This document shows, piece by piece, positions 10,321 through 23,300 of a DNA stretch of 64,000 nucleotides. Position numbers and translations under genes: made by a program. Each line of letters opens with the position of its first letter. Positions within the stretch are counted from its first letter, which is position 1. This DNA is from Harriotta raleighana (lineage: Eukaryota), in contig JBNZDD010013730.1 of assembly GCA_050575255.1 (NCBI GenBank), forward strand, positions 8,214,012 to 8,278,011, read 5' to 3'. The notes beneath the pieces are model-generated. The model was not told the DNA's origin, ran no database searches, and saw nothing but the letters and a program-made list of their open reading frames with translations.

Positions 10321-13300
10321 CTTGTATTATAGATGAGTAATGAGAGCCTCTCATTGTTTTTGAATTTGGATATATTACTTCCTCCAGCATCACCTGCATA
10401 CATATTGCTCAAAAAAGGACCGAGAAACAACACATCTGTAATTCATGGGACATGGGACAGCAGCCACTATAAACTGTGTTTTCACTTGGATTTCTATCCA
10501 GCAATTAAATTGCTGTGTCTGTATTTTTCGTTTCAATTCAACATTTTCATAGTCACCATATAGCTGCGATCCCAATCCCCAGTAAATTATGAAATTGCTA
10601 AACGGATTTGCACCAATTGTTTAAGATGCTGCAGAAACACTTAATTGATTAAAAGATTTTGTGCACCATTTGGTTGAAGTGGACAGGATGTGGGTGAGTC
10701 TCTTTCAAGATAGGTTGATTTTCTGCTGGGCTGTTTTGTAAGAGAATGTACATTAGGTATTATTTGTTTTGTAGCCTTCAATATCTGAATAGACTCAAAA
10801 TCCACGGTGTTGACTGTCGGTGCTCATTGTTCTATTGTCTCACTGACCTTGGCATAGACAGTGGTGCGGAACGCTCTTGGCAAAGCGACACGAGACAGCA
10901 GTGTCTGAGAGCTTAAATCCCAATAGGGGTTTTAGGATTGAATAGATGTGATCTATTTGTCACGGTCTCTTTGAGACCCTTAAACATGGTACTGTACAAC
11001 GATATTGTATTAGTTGTCTAACTCATCCAGTTTATTTCGTGTCAGAGAGTTTTGCCCTGATCTCTGTTGCTGTCATGGTTTTCCTCTCCTGAATCATTCA
11101 TTCACCTTGAAATATGGGTGTATCTGCCTGGACAATGAGTACCAGCAACCTGTTTGACCATGGTCAGAGGAGGGGAGAATGTCCAATTCTGCCCTCACTT
11201 TGATGTTCACAGATATGAATTTTCCAGCATTGCCGACAGGATAACAATCTGAAGGAGGAGATCTGATATTTCCTCTCTCTGGTGCAGGGACACACTGGCA
11301 CCACAGATAAAATAGACAATGGATCAAATCTGGGACCCCACAAATCTTCATGGCTGAGTATCACAATTAATTTACCAACTGATATGGCTTGGGTCACATA
11401 GGTTAATATAATCGATGTCTCTCATGACAAGGACCAATTTGCCTTGCTAAAAGCATGTGCTGGGTGACCAACAAATGGGCATTTTGTTTAAAGATTGCAA
11501 AATAGCCAAACATAGCAGAATTGCTGCGTACAATTTGAAGATATATTTATTGTACGGCAATTTTATAAAAGGTTATTGGAGAACCACTAAAAATATCTCA
11601 GACAGCACAAGCTGGAGAGCTCCATTGATTGATTGATAACATTGACCTAGAAGCAGAAGCTACCACAGAGAAACCCTTTGCAATAAGCATTTTTTAAAAA
11701 TCTTGTGTTGAATTGATGCCCTAAAATCAAGTGTGAAATGAAAGGATTCACAAGCCCAATTTATCACATATATGCATATAACAAAGCCCACAAAGAGTTT
11801 TACTTTAACCACTTTGCAACAACAGCAACAAATTACATTGGTACAGCTCATTTCACATCAGGAGGACACACCAAGGAACTGAGTTTAGTGCAAAAGATCA
11901 CTAAACTGATGCTTTTTTGATCATAATTTTATTCTCCCTGACAGTGTGATTTCATCAGAACTTAATTATGATATATAATCCAATGAGGTAATTCATATGT
12001 AAATTCTGAAATATTTCTACACATTAATTATCCTGTAGTGCACTTAATGACTTCCTCAGGAAAGCTGATAGTCTACGTACCTACGAGAGAAATGGCTCTT
12101 GAATTAATAATGATCCATATGTTGCATCACATATAAATTAAAATAGAATTTCATACAGATACATAAACAATTCCCAGCGTTATTAATTGCAGATGTAGCA
12201 TTGCTTTTCTTCCAAAAATAAATCATATATGATTATAACCTGTTACGATTATAACAATTCTGTGCAATTTAGAGGCCAATTCTGGCCTCTAAAGCTGATT
12301 GAATAAAGGTGAGATTACTGCATAGTTTCATAGCATAGTTAGATATGTGACCAAGAAAATGAACAAAATTATACAATATTGTAATAGTGTTGAAACTAGA
12401 TTAAAAATTCCAGTGCTTGCTAATTGTATTACTAATTTTATGTGTGTGAGAATGAGAACATTGTGTTTATGAGAAAGCAGATTTAACTCTTTGCAAGATC
12501 AGTGCAACTGTTTTGAGATGGATTGCACAGTATTGCTCAGCTCCATTGTTAGTGCTGCTTGTGTCTATTTAAGATGTCCTTCAGCAGTTTGTATGCCACA
12601 AAAAAGGATGTTCATCCTCACTGTTACACAATGCTCAGTGTAGTATACCCTTCCCCTCACACATACACAGAAATCTGTGAATACATTTTTGTATAAAATA
12701 ATTGCTTTATTTTTATTGTGCAAGCACATCACGCAATCACATGGAATACAGTGCATTTGTAATATGTGTATTGATTCTAAATACAAAAGAGCAAGGAAAA
12801 ATCTAAAAATTATTGTTTTGCCTGATTTTTAATACAACAAGCTGTGAATTTGAAATGCAGGATATTTGTTTAATTATTAAAATGAAGTACTATAGGGAGG
12901 TTGAACACTCCTTCTAGCTTTTTTCCTATGAGAGCAAAAACATTATTTTAGTGTATCTTCCACAATCATTGCCTACCCATTTACCTTGACGTGGTCTGCT
13001 AGGTTTCACCTTCAGGTAATCCTTGATACAGTATTATTGTTTAAGTAGAAGATTGACATTTTTATATTGCCCACCTACATATTTTTGTCCACAATCATTT
13101 TTATTGCTTTACATTACAAACCATTTATATTTCCAGGAAATGAATAACTCCCAAGAGTGATGTATTTTGGTGGAGATAATATCAATATCCTGCGGATGGA
13201 AAGTGCATCTTAATTTATCTAATGGTGGATTTTAATTAAATTACTGTGCTGACCTCCAAGCATGCACGTTTATTATATTATTTGACCTCTTGGCAGCTAT

Positions 13301-15484
13301 GAGGTTGGGATTGCTCAGAATGTTAGTAAAAGCTATATGTATTGTGGTGTCCAAATTGCTAGAGTTATATAAAGAAAGCCTAGAGAAACTGTGGCAATCA
13401 GGTTGTAATCGCAACGCACCCAAGTGCGTGCAATACAATGCGTCTTACTGTGGTGAGCTGTCTACAGCGAGTTGGTTCTCTAATGCATTCATCTGCATGC
13501 TGTGGGATTTTATTGTAATGCTAGGTGACACCACGGTATTTTAAAATGTAAGGCGAATCCTAGCCAGGATTGTTGCTGACTGATCCATTCTAATAAGAAT
13601 ACCAATTTGCATTATTCATTCGATAAGGGCACTAATTCAAATTCTTGTTCAGGCTGTCTCTGCCTATTATTGCTAAAAATCCTTGTGTTTGGGTGGAGGG
13701 TCATTTTGGTATCAATTACTTGGAGACAGATTAGACGTATTCATATTTTGCAGATTTTTATCATTTAAATGTCCTTTGTTTTTTTCATTTTTATTCTCTA
13801 TATTCCTTTTTGTTGTGCTCTTCGGTGGTTTTATTATGCTTTCTGAATGTTGCCATCTAATTGTGTGTAACGTGTTACATATTGCATGTGTTTGGGGGAT
13901 AGAGAGTCTGGTGGATTTTCTAAATGGTGAATAGATCAATGTATTACTATACTCCACATGATGGGCAGAGCTAGCAGACCTCCCAGCTGTGCAAATGTCA
14001 GTGAATTATTCCACACAATGGTGGGCATCCCAAATAGTGCAAAGATCAATGAACAGCTCGGGAAGCCCTTGTTCAAATCAATATATCATATACATTCTGT
14101 TTGGAGCAGATATCTCCTTTGTAGCTGAGATTCAGGAAGACTATTAGGAGCCATACCCTGCCAGGGTCGATGATTGGGTTAGAGCTTCTGGGATGCTCCA
14201 GATATAAAGAGTAGAAAACATTCACCTCTGACACGAGAAAAAAGTATGGAATACAGTGCTATTGGCAATCGCAGAATAGGTGTTTGTGTTTGCTGTTGTA
14301 CTCAATGATGAGAGAAACTGTTATCATTAGGGAAGTTTTTTTAGATTGCAATAGTACGAATAAAGTACATGATCTAACAGTAGCGGAATAATACAAAATA
14401 ATTAGATACAGTGCTTTCAATATGGATCATTACTAAAAGCTTTAGGCAAGCTACTTAGCTTTAGAATTGCCATAGTTCAGTAGAAATGACTTGTTAAACA
14501 TCCATTACATCTGGCTAACATCAACACATTATGATAAAAAGCTGATAGTTGTTGTTCTTTTTATTTGCTTGTCCCGGTATAAATTGCGTATGTTAGGTCA
14601 GTTCATGAATCCACTAGGATTCAGGCCAGCCAAATTCAATTTACTTAGAGGCTCTCTTTAGGGACCATACTGTTAAACTGTGCCCATTTAATCCAAGTTT
14701 CCACAATGGGATAAGCAATGAACTGAATCGGAAAACACAAATTGTTGGAATTTGCCCAATTCTGAACAATGAAATGTGTTATGTCTATGTCTGGAAAATA
14801 TTTTCATAAAATTTAGGATTGTGCATTAATTGTAGAATATATTTGGAAGTAGTTTTTTTATAGTTCGCTGATCTTCTTGTGGTAAAATGGAATATGGAGC
14901 GTTTAAAAGTGTGGAATATAGCAGTTTAAAAGTACTGTATTTGGCTGTGGGTGTGTGACTTTCAAATTTTAATTTCCATGCTTTGAGCAAAGGGATTATT
15001 TTGAATTAGTCAGTAAAATTACAAGTGACAAGAAACTCAGGAGGTCCTAGAATGCAGATCAATACTTGGAGAAAGAACATCTTCTTTGAAATGTGTATGA
15101 AAGAGAGAAGGAACTACGCAACAGCTGGGTCAGGAAAGAGTGAAAATCACACCCTTTGCAAATTATTAAAAAGGACTTAAATAAGGACTTTTGACTTCCT
15201 CCACTAATGTTTGAACCATCTATTCATTTTGAAGAATAGTATTTGGAAAGAAACTTAAAAGGGTTTGTTTCAATTTCATTATCCTTGTCATTGCATTTTG
15301 TTGAAGCCTGAAGGAACTTGGGCGTTGGACCAATTGTGCATGATTTTGCCTTTGAATTTGAATTTGAAATCGTTTGAATTTGCCTTGTTTTATTTTAAAG
15401 AAAATTCCCTAAAACACCAAACATCAAATTCAAAGTGTTAAAAAAAAATGTTTTAGTATAAATTTCCCTTCCAATTTTTTCCCC

Positions 15485-15725
15485 TTCATTCCTAGGTGCA
15501 GATTCATGCTAATAATCAGTTCCATGGCTATCTGGTTTCACATGGAAGTGGCCATTTTCATGCACGAGGCTAAAAAGAGAATGTTGACAGGCATCGTGAG
15601 GTAGCAGCACTGAGTGTGATTCTGTCCTCGGCCAGGAACCCTGCATACATCTTTATCAGGGCTCACTGTTTGGTGATCAGGAATGGGAATGTGGCTAATT
15701 TTCCCTTCCTAAATCCAGGGGAGCC
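15485..15725 (-). mobile_element. Old SINE-like repeat fragment (related to 26950-27100)
   Basis: Shares a gatcag...ggga...gg...attt..c..cct..cc/ctagggg segment with the 26950-27100 element, which has a B-box-like head. Confidence 0.35.
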
Positions 15726-15729
15726 AAGG

Positions 15730-16557
15730 ATTATAATAATAATCCATGCATTTGATCTTCTAGATGCCTCAAAGCTCTTCACAGAATATACTGTAAAGTG
15801 AATAGACTATATACAGTAAAAGCCTGTTTATCCGGCACTCTCGGGATCTGGCCAGTGCCAGTTAAACAGCTTGCCAGTTAAACGTTTTTTTAAAAAAATT
15901 AAAATGAAAAATTATTTAACACATACCATATTAATAATAGACTAAATAATAACATAATAATAATATTGTATGGGTACTTTATTGTAAATGTTGTACACTG
16001 TACCACATAAATAAGACTAAATATTGTAATAACAGATTCTGTAAAAGAATATTGCATTGGTACTTTATTGTAAATATTGTACACTGTACCATATAAATAA
16101 TAGACTAAATTACAGTAATAACAGATACTATAATAACAGAATATTGTATTAGTACTTTATAATTTATACTTAACTTCTGCAATGAGGGCCGCCATGGTAG
16201 GAAAAAAAACGACAGCGCGACTTTTAGGCTGTCTTCGCGGCAAGCTGATATACCTGCACAGTATTCGCATGCAACAATCGATTCATTAAATGCACCACCG
16301 CTATTCTGCCAGATAACTTCCAGTTAATCGGATGGGGACTTTTTTTCAACATGCCAGGTTATACGGATGTTCTGGTTCATCGAGTCATGGATAAACAGGC
16401 TTTTATGGACGAAATGTGGCAGCTAATTGCACACAGCAGTGTCCCACAAACAGTCGTGGATTGAAATGACCAATTTTTGTTTTTATTGTTAGGCATGTAG
16501 AGTAAAGAAACTTGCCCAAGGTTTCACCCTGCCGAGAATTGAACCCAGGTCTCTCAC
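15730..16557 (-). mobile_element. tRNA-derived SINE split by a MITE insertion
   Basis: Tail ataataataatccatgcatttgat at about 15733; body resumes after 16407 (gtcccacaaacagtcgtggattgaaatgacc); antisense B box gaattgaacccagg near 16540. Confidence 0.82.
15814..16407. mobile_element. Tigger-like MITE (family 2)
   Basis: TA|CAGTAAAAGCCTGTTTATCC ... GGATAAACAGGCTTTTATG terminal inverted repeats; internal ~80-nt tandem units. Confidence 0.82.
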
Positions 16558-17654
16558 AATCTTGGTTTAAAAAAATGTTTTAAATACCTAAGATATTGAA
16601 TGCCGATTGTGAATTTGGGTACTGAATGGAGCAGAATTTTAAATTTGTGTTACAAGATCAATGACATAAAATTATTTTGAAGGTGTTTCTTTTGTCTCGC
16701 TAGGGCTGTCTGACTTGACAGCTCCCTTTGTATTGTGACTTTAATTAATACAGTTCCACTTTAAATATCGACTTGAGTTATCATCAGACTACCTGCAAGA
16801 GCAGAATTTTTATATATGCTGTATATAGTATATATTAGATTTTGCCAAAGCTGACTAAGAAGTGCCTATTATTTTTAAACATACTCCACTGTCTCAGAAT
16901 GCTTGCATGTAATACCAATTAATCTTTTAAGTTGTTCACTAGGGTGCTGTAATTGTCAATTTACTGATACATATCTACCTGCATTAGCAGCTAGAGAGGT
17001 ACTTGTTCCACACCCAAGTCTTATGTCCCTTGACATTGCGATTCCTTGGAGTATGATCTATCCATACTTAATCTCTGTTGTAGTGAATCATCACTCTTAT
17101 TATACAATATCCTGGAAGAGCAGAATACATATGTGTCATTGTTGATCCAAGTGACCAAGAAGTATCTCATTTACTATTATTACATGTATTCACTGTGTCT
17201 GTCATTAGTTGGTACTATTTAAAAATTTTCCCGAGGGTGCTATGACATTGAAGTAACTGCCTCCGATTTGTACCAACATTACAGTCTCATGCTCTTCTTG
17301 GCTGCCTGTTTGTTTGTTGCCTTGTGCCAGTGGCTTACTCTTAATTGCTTCATGCAAGAATGAACACAAAGTGGGAGTATGGGCCATTTTCCCATTCCTA
17401 TCTAAAGAAGGAGGAAATAATGATGAGATCAGGCCGACTTGCAGTAAATATAAAATGTTGGAGCCCATTGTAGAAAAAATACTGAACATCATTGCCATGA
17501 AGAATTGCTGTGTTGGCAAATCGCTGTTCTACTTCAGTGAACCGTTTCCCACAAAATGGTATGTGTCAACTTTGACTTTGTTCATATCCGACTCAACACT
17601 GCGTTTAAGCCCCATGTCGTTCCTTAATCTCATAGTCTCAGCTAACACTCCAGA

Positions 17655-17730
17655 GCAACAACAACAAAATTACCTTTGTATAGCACCTTTCATGTCTGGA
17701 AGATGTCCCAAGGTACTGGAAGCAGGGCAG
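17655..17730 (-). mobile_element. Short L2 3' end
   Basis: caacaacaacaaaattacctttgtatagcacctttcatgtctggaagatgtccc. Confidence 0.72.
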
Positions 17731-17744
17731 TATTAAGAAGTGAA

Positions 17745-17878
17745 GTCTCCTTGAGAAGAGATTTTAAGCCAAGGGCACAGTTGCCTGTGTGGGGGGTGCT
17801 AAAGAGCCTATAAGACTATTTGAAAAGAAAAGGGAGTTTCTCCAGATAACCTGCTACAAATTTTCCACATTGATCAAC
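17745..17878 (+). mobile_element. Deu-domain SINE fragment
   Basis: gagattttaagccaagggcacagttgcctg...ctatttgaaaagaaaagggagtttctcc. Confidence 0.55.
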
Positions 17879-17883
17879 CATTN

Positions 17884-18212
17884 TGCCGGATAAACGGGGG
17901 ACAAATTGCCGAAAACTCAACATAAAAAATTAACTTATTTTAAAACATACCATGTTAATAATACACTAAATAGTAACAGAATATTGTATGGATACTTACC
18001 AATAAAGCATTCCAGCACACTCGGTAAAAAGATCGGTAAAACAGCATTTTTTACAGAGCGGTAAAAAACCCAAGTTTGTAAATTTAATAAGTGTGCCTGC
18101 GCACCATTGCACGCATGCACAAAGTGAGCAAACTCGCGATTGCTGGAATGGGGAATTGCCCCGGGAGGGGGTCGAGCAATCCGATTGATCGGCTCGCGGA
18201 TAAACTGGATAT
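17884..18212. mobile_element. Partial Tigger-like MITE (family 2), truncated at contig join
   Basis: Shares gccggataaac and cataccatgttaataatacactaaatagtaacagaatattgtatgg with the 15814 and 25429 copies; begins immediately after N at 17883. Confidence 0.65.
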
Positions 18213-18829
18213 AGGACCTTGTTGGCTGTTGTGTTTGCCTGCAAATACAGTCACCATTGTTAACGCTAATTGTTTGGGAAGCACTCTCAGATATTTTGAT
18301 AAAGTGCTATAAAAGTGGAAATTCTCTGAACAACAGGGAATGTGTGCTTCTTGTTAATGAGATTAATAAGATAACATTTAACTAGAGTCTAACAAAAGAG
18401 CCAATTACCAGCAAAGAATAGGCTATAACTGCCAAAAGCTTGACTCCATACACAATTACTGTTATATGTCTTATTGTTCAAAATAGTACAAATGTACTAT
18501 TTTTAACACATAACTGCTATGACCTTGTTAATACTGGGAATGGTGCTCATTTGCTGTCCTCAATGGTAATATCTGTGTCTGACAAGAACTATGCTGCTGC
18601 TTTCAGTCAAAGCCTTTGCTGTCCATATCACTGATAGTATCAGTATTGCTATTGTGAACGCAATTCACACGTCATAATTATTTTCAGCTAATTTCTCTAT
18701 AAATTTCTGAAGATCACAAGGGAGGATTTAGCTGAGAATGTCTCTTCAACCTATTGATCTTAATCTTCCACAATTGCATTATTGTATGTCAGTAATAATA
18801 ATTAAACTATGACATTGTTTCTTAAATTA

Positions 18830-19130
18830 ATCCGGTGTCCTGGCCTCAGCCATGCATCCTGGTAATCTTGCCTACCATTGATTGCCTCCTGTGTAATTCA
18901 ATATTTCCTGTTGTCTGTTCTACTCCTGCCTTTCATTAACCTGTTCACAGTACTAAAGATGATTGGCCAATACCTTGGCATCACCTGAAACCATGTTCTG
19001 AGTTTACTTTGTTTGGACAGTATCACAAACATCTTGTACACTTCCATAAGGTTCTGTTTGAAGCATCTCTTTCCAAAGCTTCTCTTAATCACACCTCAAT
19101 ACTCATGTCTCCAACATCATCTGCACTGCC
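18830..19130 (-). mobile_element. Degenerate CR1 LINE 3' fragment
   Basis: Minus-strand peptide SFGKRCFKQNLMEVYKM resembles the CR1 ORF2 motif LEKRRLRGDLIEVYK. Confidence 0.55.
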
Positions 19131-19189
19131 TCTTGGCTCTTAACAGCAATCTTTTGGCACAGCTGCCCAATCATCATTGGATGATTAGT

Positions 19190-19300
19190 TATAAAAATAA
19201 TTATCCTTGCATTTGATGTAGTACCATATGAGATCTTCACGATGTCTCAAAGCACTTCACAGATTATATTGTAAAGTGAATTGACTGTATATTGTGTGGG
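19190..19300 (-). mobile_element. 3' fragment of tRNA-derived SINE
   Basis: aataattatccttgcatttgatgtag...gatgtctcaaagcacttcacag...aagtgaattgactgtata. Confidence 0.78.
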
Positions 19301-20257
19301 CAAAATACATTATGAACAATGTCTGAATCAGAGGAAAAGTGGGAATCAGTAAAGACTGTCCAGTTGAGACCCTCCCCTGCACGGAGGGAGCTATATAGGT
19401 GTAAATTATTGTTGTAGCATCCCAGAGCTTTTATGAAACTGCAACATCTTAGCTGTGCACTCCAGCTTCAGGAGGAACTAGGATAGATCAATGCTTCCAA
19501 GGAGCGAGAACTACTCATGTGCATGTTATTTTACAAGAGATTTATTAAACAAAAAATTCACAAAATGAGATTTAGGAGATCTAGAAATTGATCACTGAAC
19601 ATTGTTAACACTGAGAGCCAGAAAATCAAAGCTCGATAATAATAATGATTGCTTTCAAGGCTAAAGATGGACAATCATACAATGTAAATGCCTGGGTGCT
19701 TGAATTTGTTTATAGTGTAGAAACTGCTGCCCACACAGTAACCACATACCATACTTTGCTTAGCTTTCTCAGGTAGCAAGCAGTGTGATCTGGTGTCAAG
19801 GAATATTTGAGAAAACCAGATCATTTGCTAATCTGTACTGGCAGAAACCATTCCCTCCGGCAAGCGCATGCCAATCGGCTAACAACCACGTTCCTACTAC
19901 TGCTAAATAAACAGAGCAAGGACCTGAAAACACAGAGAAAGAACTAAGCAAAGTATGGTACTGTATATGGTGCTGTGGTTTAAGATGACAACTGGAACAA
20001 ATTGTTAACAGTTGTCCCACGCTTGCATAGAGATCAAATTTAGCTGAACCTGTGATTTCTCCTGTTCTGCCGAAGAGTCCTTGGCAGAAGGTCAGACCTG
20101 ATCTGGTCAAAGTGAAAAGAGATATATACCTTCTGATTGTGAACTATAACTTGAGATCTATAGAAATTGCTCCAGTAACTAATTTAACATCTCCAGTGGC
20201 AGTTACATTTGCCTGCCATGGGGCAACTGAAGGAATGATATGGAGAAATGAAAGAAT

Positions 20258-20321
20258 GAAGCGCTCTGAGACTTCGTCCAGGGTGGAGGGCGCTGTATAA
20301 ATTGAAGTTGTTGTTGTTGTT
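20258..20321 (+). mobile_element. L2-type 3' end
   Basis: aagcgctctgagac...gagggcgctgtataaattgaagttgttgttgttgtt. Confidence 0.65.
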
Positions 20322-23300
20322 CATATCAGATGATGGACCACAATTCTGCATCTGTGAAATTCATTTGAGAATAAAAATAGGATTTTAAATACCTGTAGCC
20401 TTAAGCATCTGCAGAGTCAGTGGAAGCAGGGGTTGTGGTGAAAACTGTAAGATATTTATTGAAGAAATTAAAGGATCCATTGTAATATTTATTAACATGA
20501 ATAGCCAGAAAATCATAGCTGAATGATAGTAAATTGATACCATTCCAGTATCTTTCAGCCTGATTCCCAAGTTTGTGAATTCAAGCTCCACGAGGAGAAT
20601 TTGAACAAGAGGTCAAGTCTAAGTATATCTATTCTCTTCTCTTTACTGACCTCCCAGTGTTTTGTTGCCAGACCAGACAATGCAAGAATACATGGCATCA
20701 TTTCACAAGTTATTCTACAGATGAATGCAAGGATATTTGTGTCTATTTAGTGAGAAGTGCTTGGCAACAGCAATTTTAATGGCTCTTGTAGAGAAAATAC
20801 ATCAAAACAAACTGCCCCAGTAACAGGTAGAAGAGAATATGGTGGTCCTGATACCTGTGCAGACGTTTTATGAAGTAATTTTAATTATTGCATCGTTCTT
20901 TAGAGAAAAGGGAGTGGATGGATGCAGACAATCGACAGGGTCATCAATTAAGAGTCCCAGATTACTTGGACGCAAGCCTTGAGGAATAAATGAGCCTTCA
21001 TTTGAAACAGGTGCTGAATCATTCTCTCAACAAACATAATGTGTTTGATAACATTATTTCCTTTTCTGAAAACATTTTGTGGAAACATTAGAATAACAAG
21101 AACATTAAAATAATAAGAGCAGATTCCTTCTTGTTATGAAAATCCACGTGATAAGCAGGTATCACTCAACCTAGGACTCTTAACATTCCCTCAGAATACC
21201 TTGTTAGTGCTACAGGTGATATTCTCTCACCACAAATATTTGTCTAACAACAAGATTTGCCCAGGAATTGGTCTCTGTACAGAATGAAAATACTTTCCTC
21301 CACTGCAGCATTTATAAATCTGAGAGGGATCCATTCATTACGTTTTCCTCACCGGAAAAAAAATGAGATACGACAAGGTACAGATTTTCCAACGCTGAGA
21401 AGCATAGATGATCTGGGCATAAGCAGGTTACATGACAGCCTGTGAGCACAGTACAGAACCAGGGGACATCGATGGGTGTTGTGAGCTTTAAGAAGGTAAC
21501 TCAGGCAGCTGTCATACTCCACTCCAATGGTTTAAGCACCTTTATCCACATCTGACAGCACACCAGTGACAGTCCAGATTGCTCACATTTTTCACAAATA
21601 ACACCCTGGGCTCTGACAGGGGAATACAGTGGTTCATGGCTTATTGTGTACATACACAACACAAACTCAATTTTCAATTCTTCAGCAGTTAAAACAGAGC
21701 GGTTTGCGAGAATGTTTTGGGTAAATCCAGGAGCTTCCTTCTGTTATTAAGCAGACAATCCAACAATTGCACAGCAGAATATGTTTCTTTTTAAATGTTT
21801 CCTAACTTGCGGAAATCATAAAGTTATGTTGGGAGGAGAGATTTGGGTTTTATTTTTTTAAAAAGAAGAGAATGTAAGCATCCAGCTTACATTCCAGCTG
21901 GTACTTAGTTGTAGTGCCTATTTCAAACTGTCCTGCTCATACGTTGCTCACAATGGCAACCCAAAATGGCATTGTGCTCAATCAGAACTGCATCCAAATA
22001 GCCAATCCCAGACCAATAATTTTATTTGCTGCTCAGATAAAAAGTGATTTAAAATATAAAATCAGGTTGAAAATGCGACATCAAGAAGTTATTGCGCCGA
22101 TCGGAACTCGGAGTTTGCAAATAAAACTGTTTTAAATTTGCTTTTAGGAAAAAAAAACAATGCTTTCCTGACTTTGTCTGACTTTTCCTAACTTTTTCTC
22201 AACTGCGAAACAGCCAGAAGGCAAACAAAGAGGGGGTTTATATAGTCTGGAAGATGATATTCAGTTGCAGGCACAACAAAACATACAGGGATCTCAGGTA
22301 GATGCAACAACACCAACAAAATGACATTTATAGAGCGGCTTTCACTTCGGGAGGTTGTCCTGGTCAGTCTCAAAGTTACATTTGTATTAATCATCAATAA
22401 CCTCTGAAGTATGATACCATCTGTGAGGATTACATTATCCCAGATGAAGTTATAAATTTCAAATCCGCATTCAGAGCTGCTGCTGCCAGCTCTTGACATC
22501 TTGAACTAATGGGAATCATGCCACAGAGTGAATTTTGGCACAAAATCTGCATGAACTCAAGGATCCCAGTATTGTCAAGAAAAATGTTTTCCATTGTTTT
22601 GTTTTACCATATACTGTATTTTAAACTGTCAAATTGTATGACATGGCCACTTTGGGTGTGCTATTTTTGAAAATACTACTTTCATGATCTTGTTTTACTG
22701 ACATTTTAATATACAAGACTACAGTATTTAGTTCATGAACTTTTAAGGCCTATGATGACTGCTTTAAAACGGAAAAACTATAAGCTTTGGGCTTTTTTTA
22801 AAGAGGAGTTCAGTGTTTGTCAAATCAGAAGCCTCTCCTTGGAGAGCAAAGTCTAAGAACAACCTGTCAACATACAAGCTGCTTGGATTACAGTGACTGG
22901 CAGTTCAAAAATGTAGTGATCTGTTGTGTTTGATCGGTGCAATACTACGCAGATCAAACACAGCATATCAAATGCTAGGATTATTATAATACTGGGTAAA
23001 ATTCAAATCGATAGGAATGCTATCCAGAATTGGAAATCAAATGCAAAATAATTCCCATGACTTTTCCTGTATTGTGACATTTTTCTTCTGATCAATTGCA
23101 AATGTGTTCCCTCAAATAAGAGCTTTGACGGAATGACCAAACCTAGGTTCAGATGTTAAATGGCAGCTTTGCTTTGCTTAGAATTTCTCCACTGAAGAAA
23201 TATTTTTCTTTTTGTGTCTGCTGACAGATGAAGTGGGAAAAAATAGTAATTTCTCGTTGGTTTCCATTGAAATTTAGCTATAGTGTCCCTTTGATATGCC

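Noticed and set aside
12268-12293. 11-bp palindrome tttagaggcca-attc-tggcctctaaa (similar short stems at about 840-858 and 22925-22962)
   Set aside because: Short, isolated and without supporting context; cannot be distinguished from chance or neutral micro-inversion.
21005-21020. REST/NRSE site (also near 47588)
   Set aside because: Only the TTCAGCACC half-site is present; the GGACAG half is missing.
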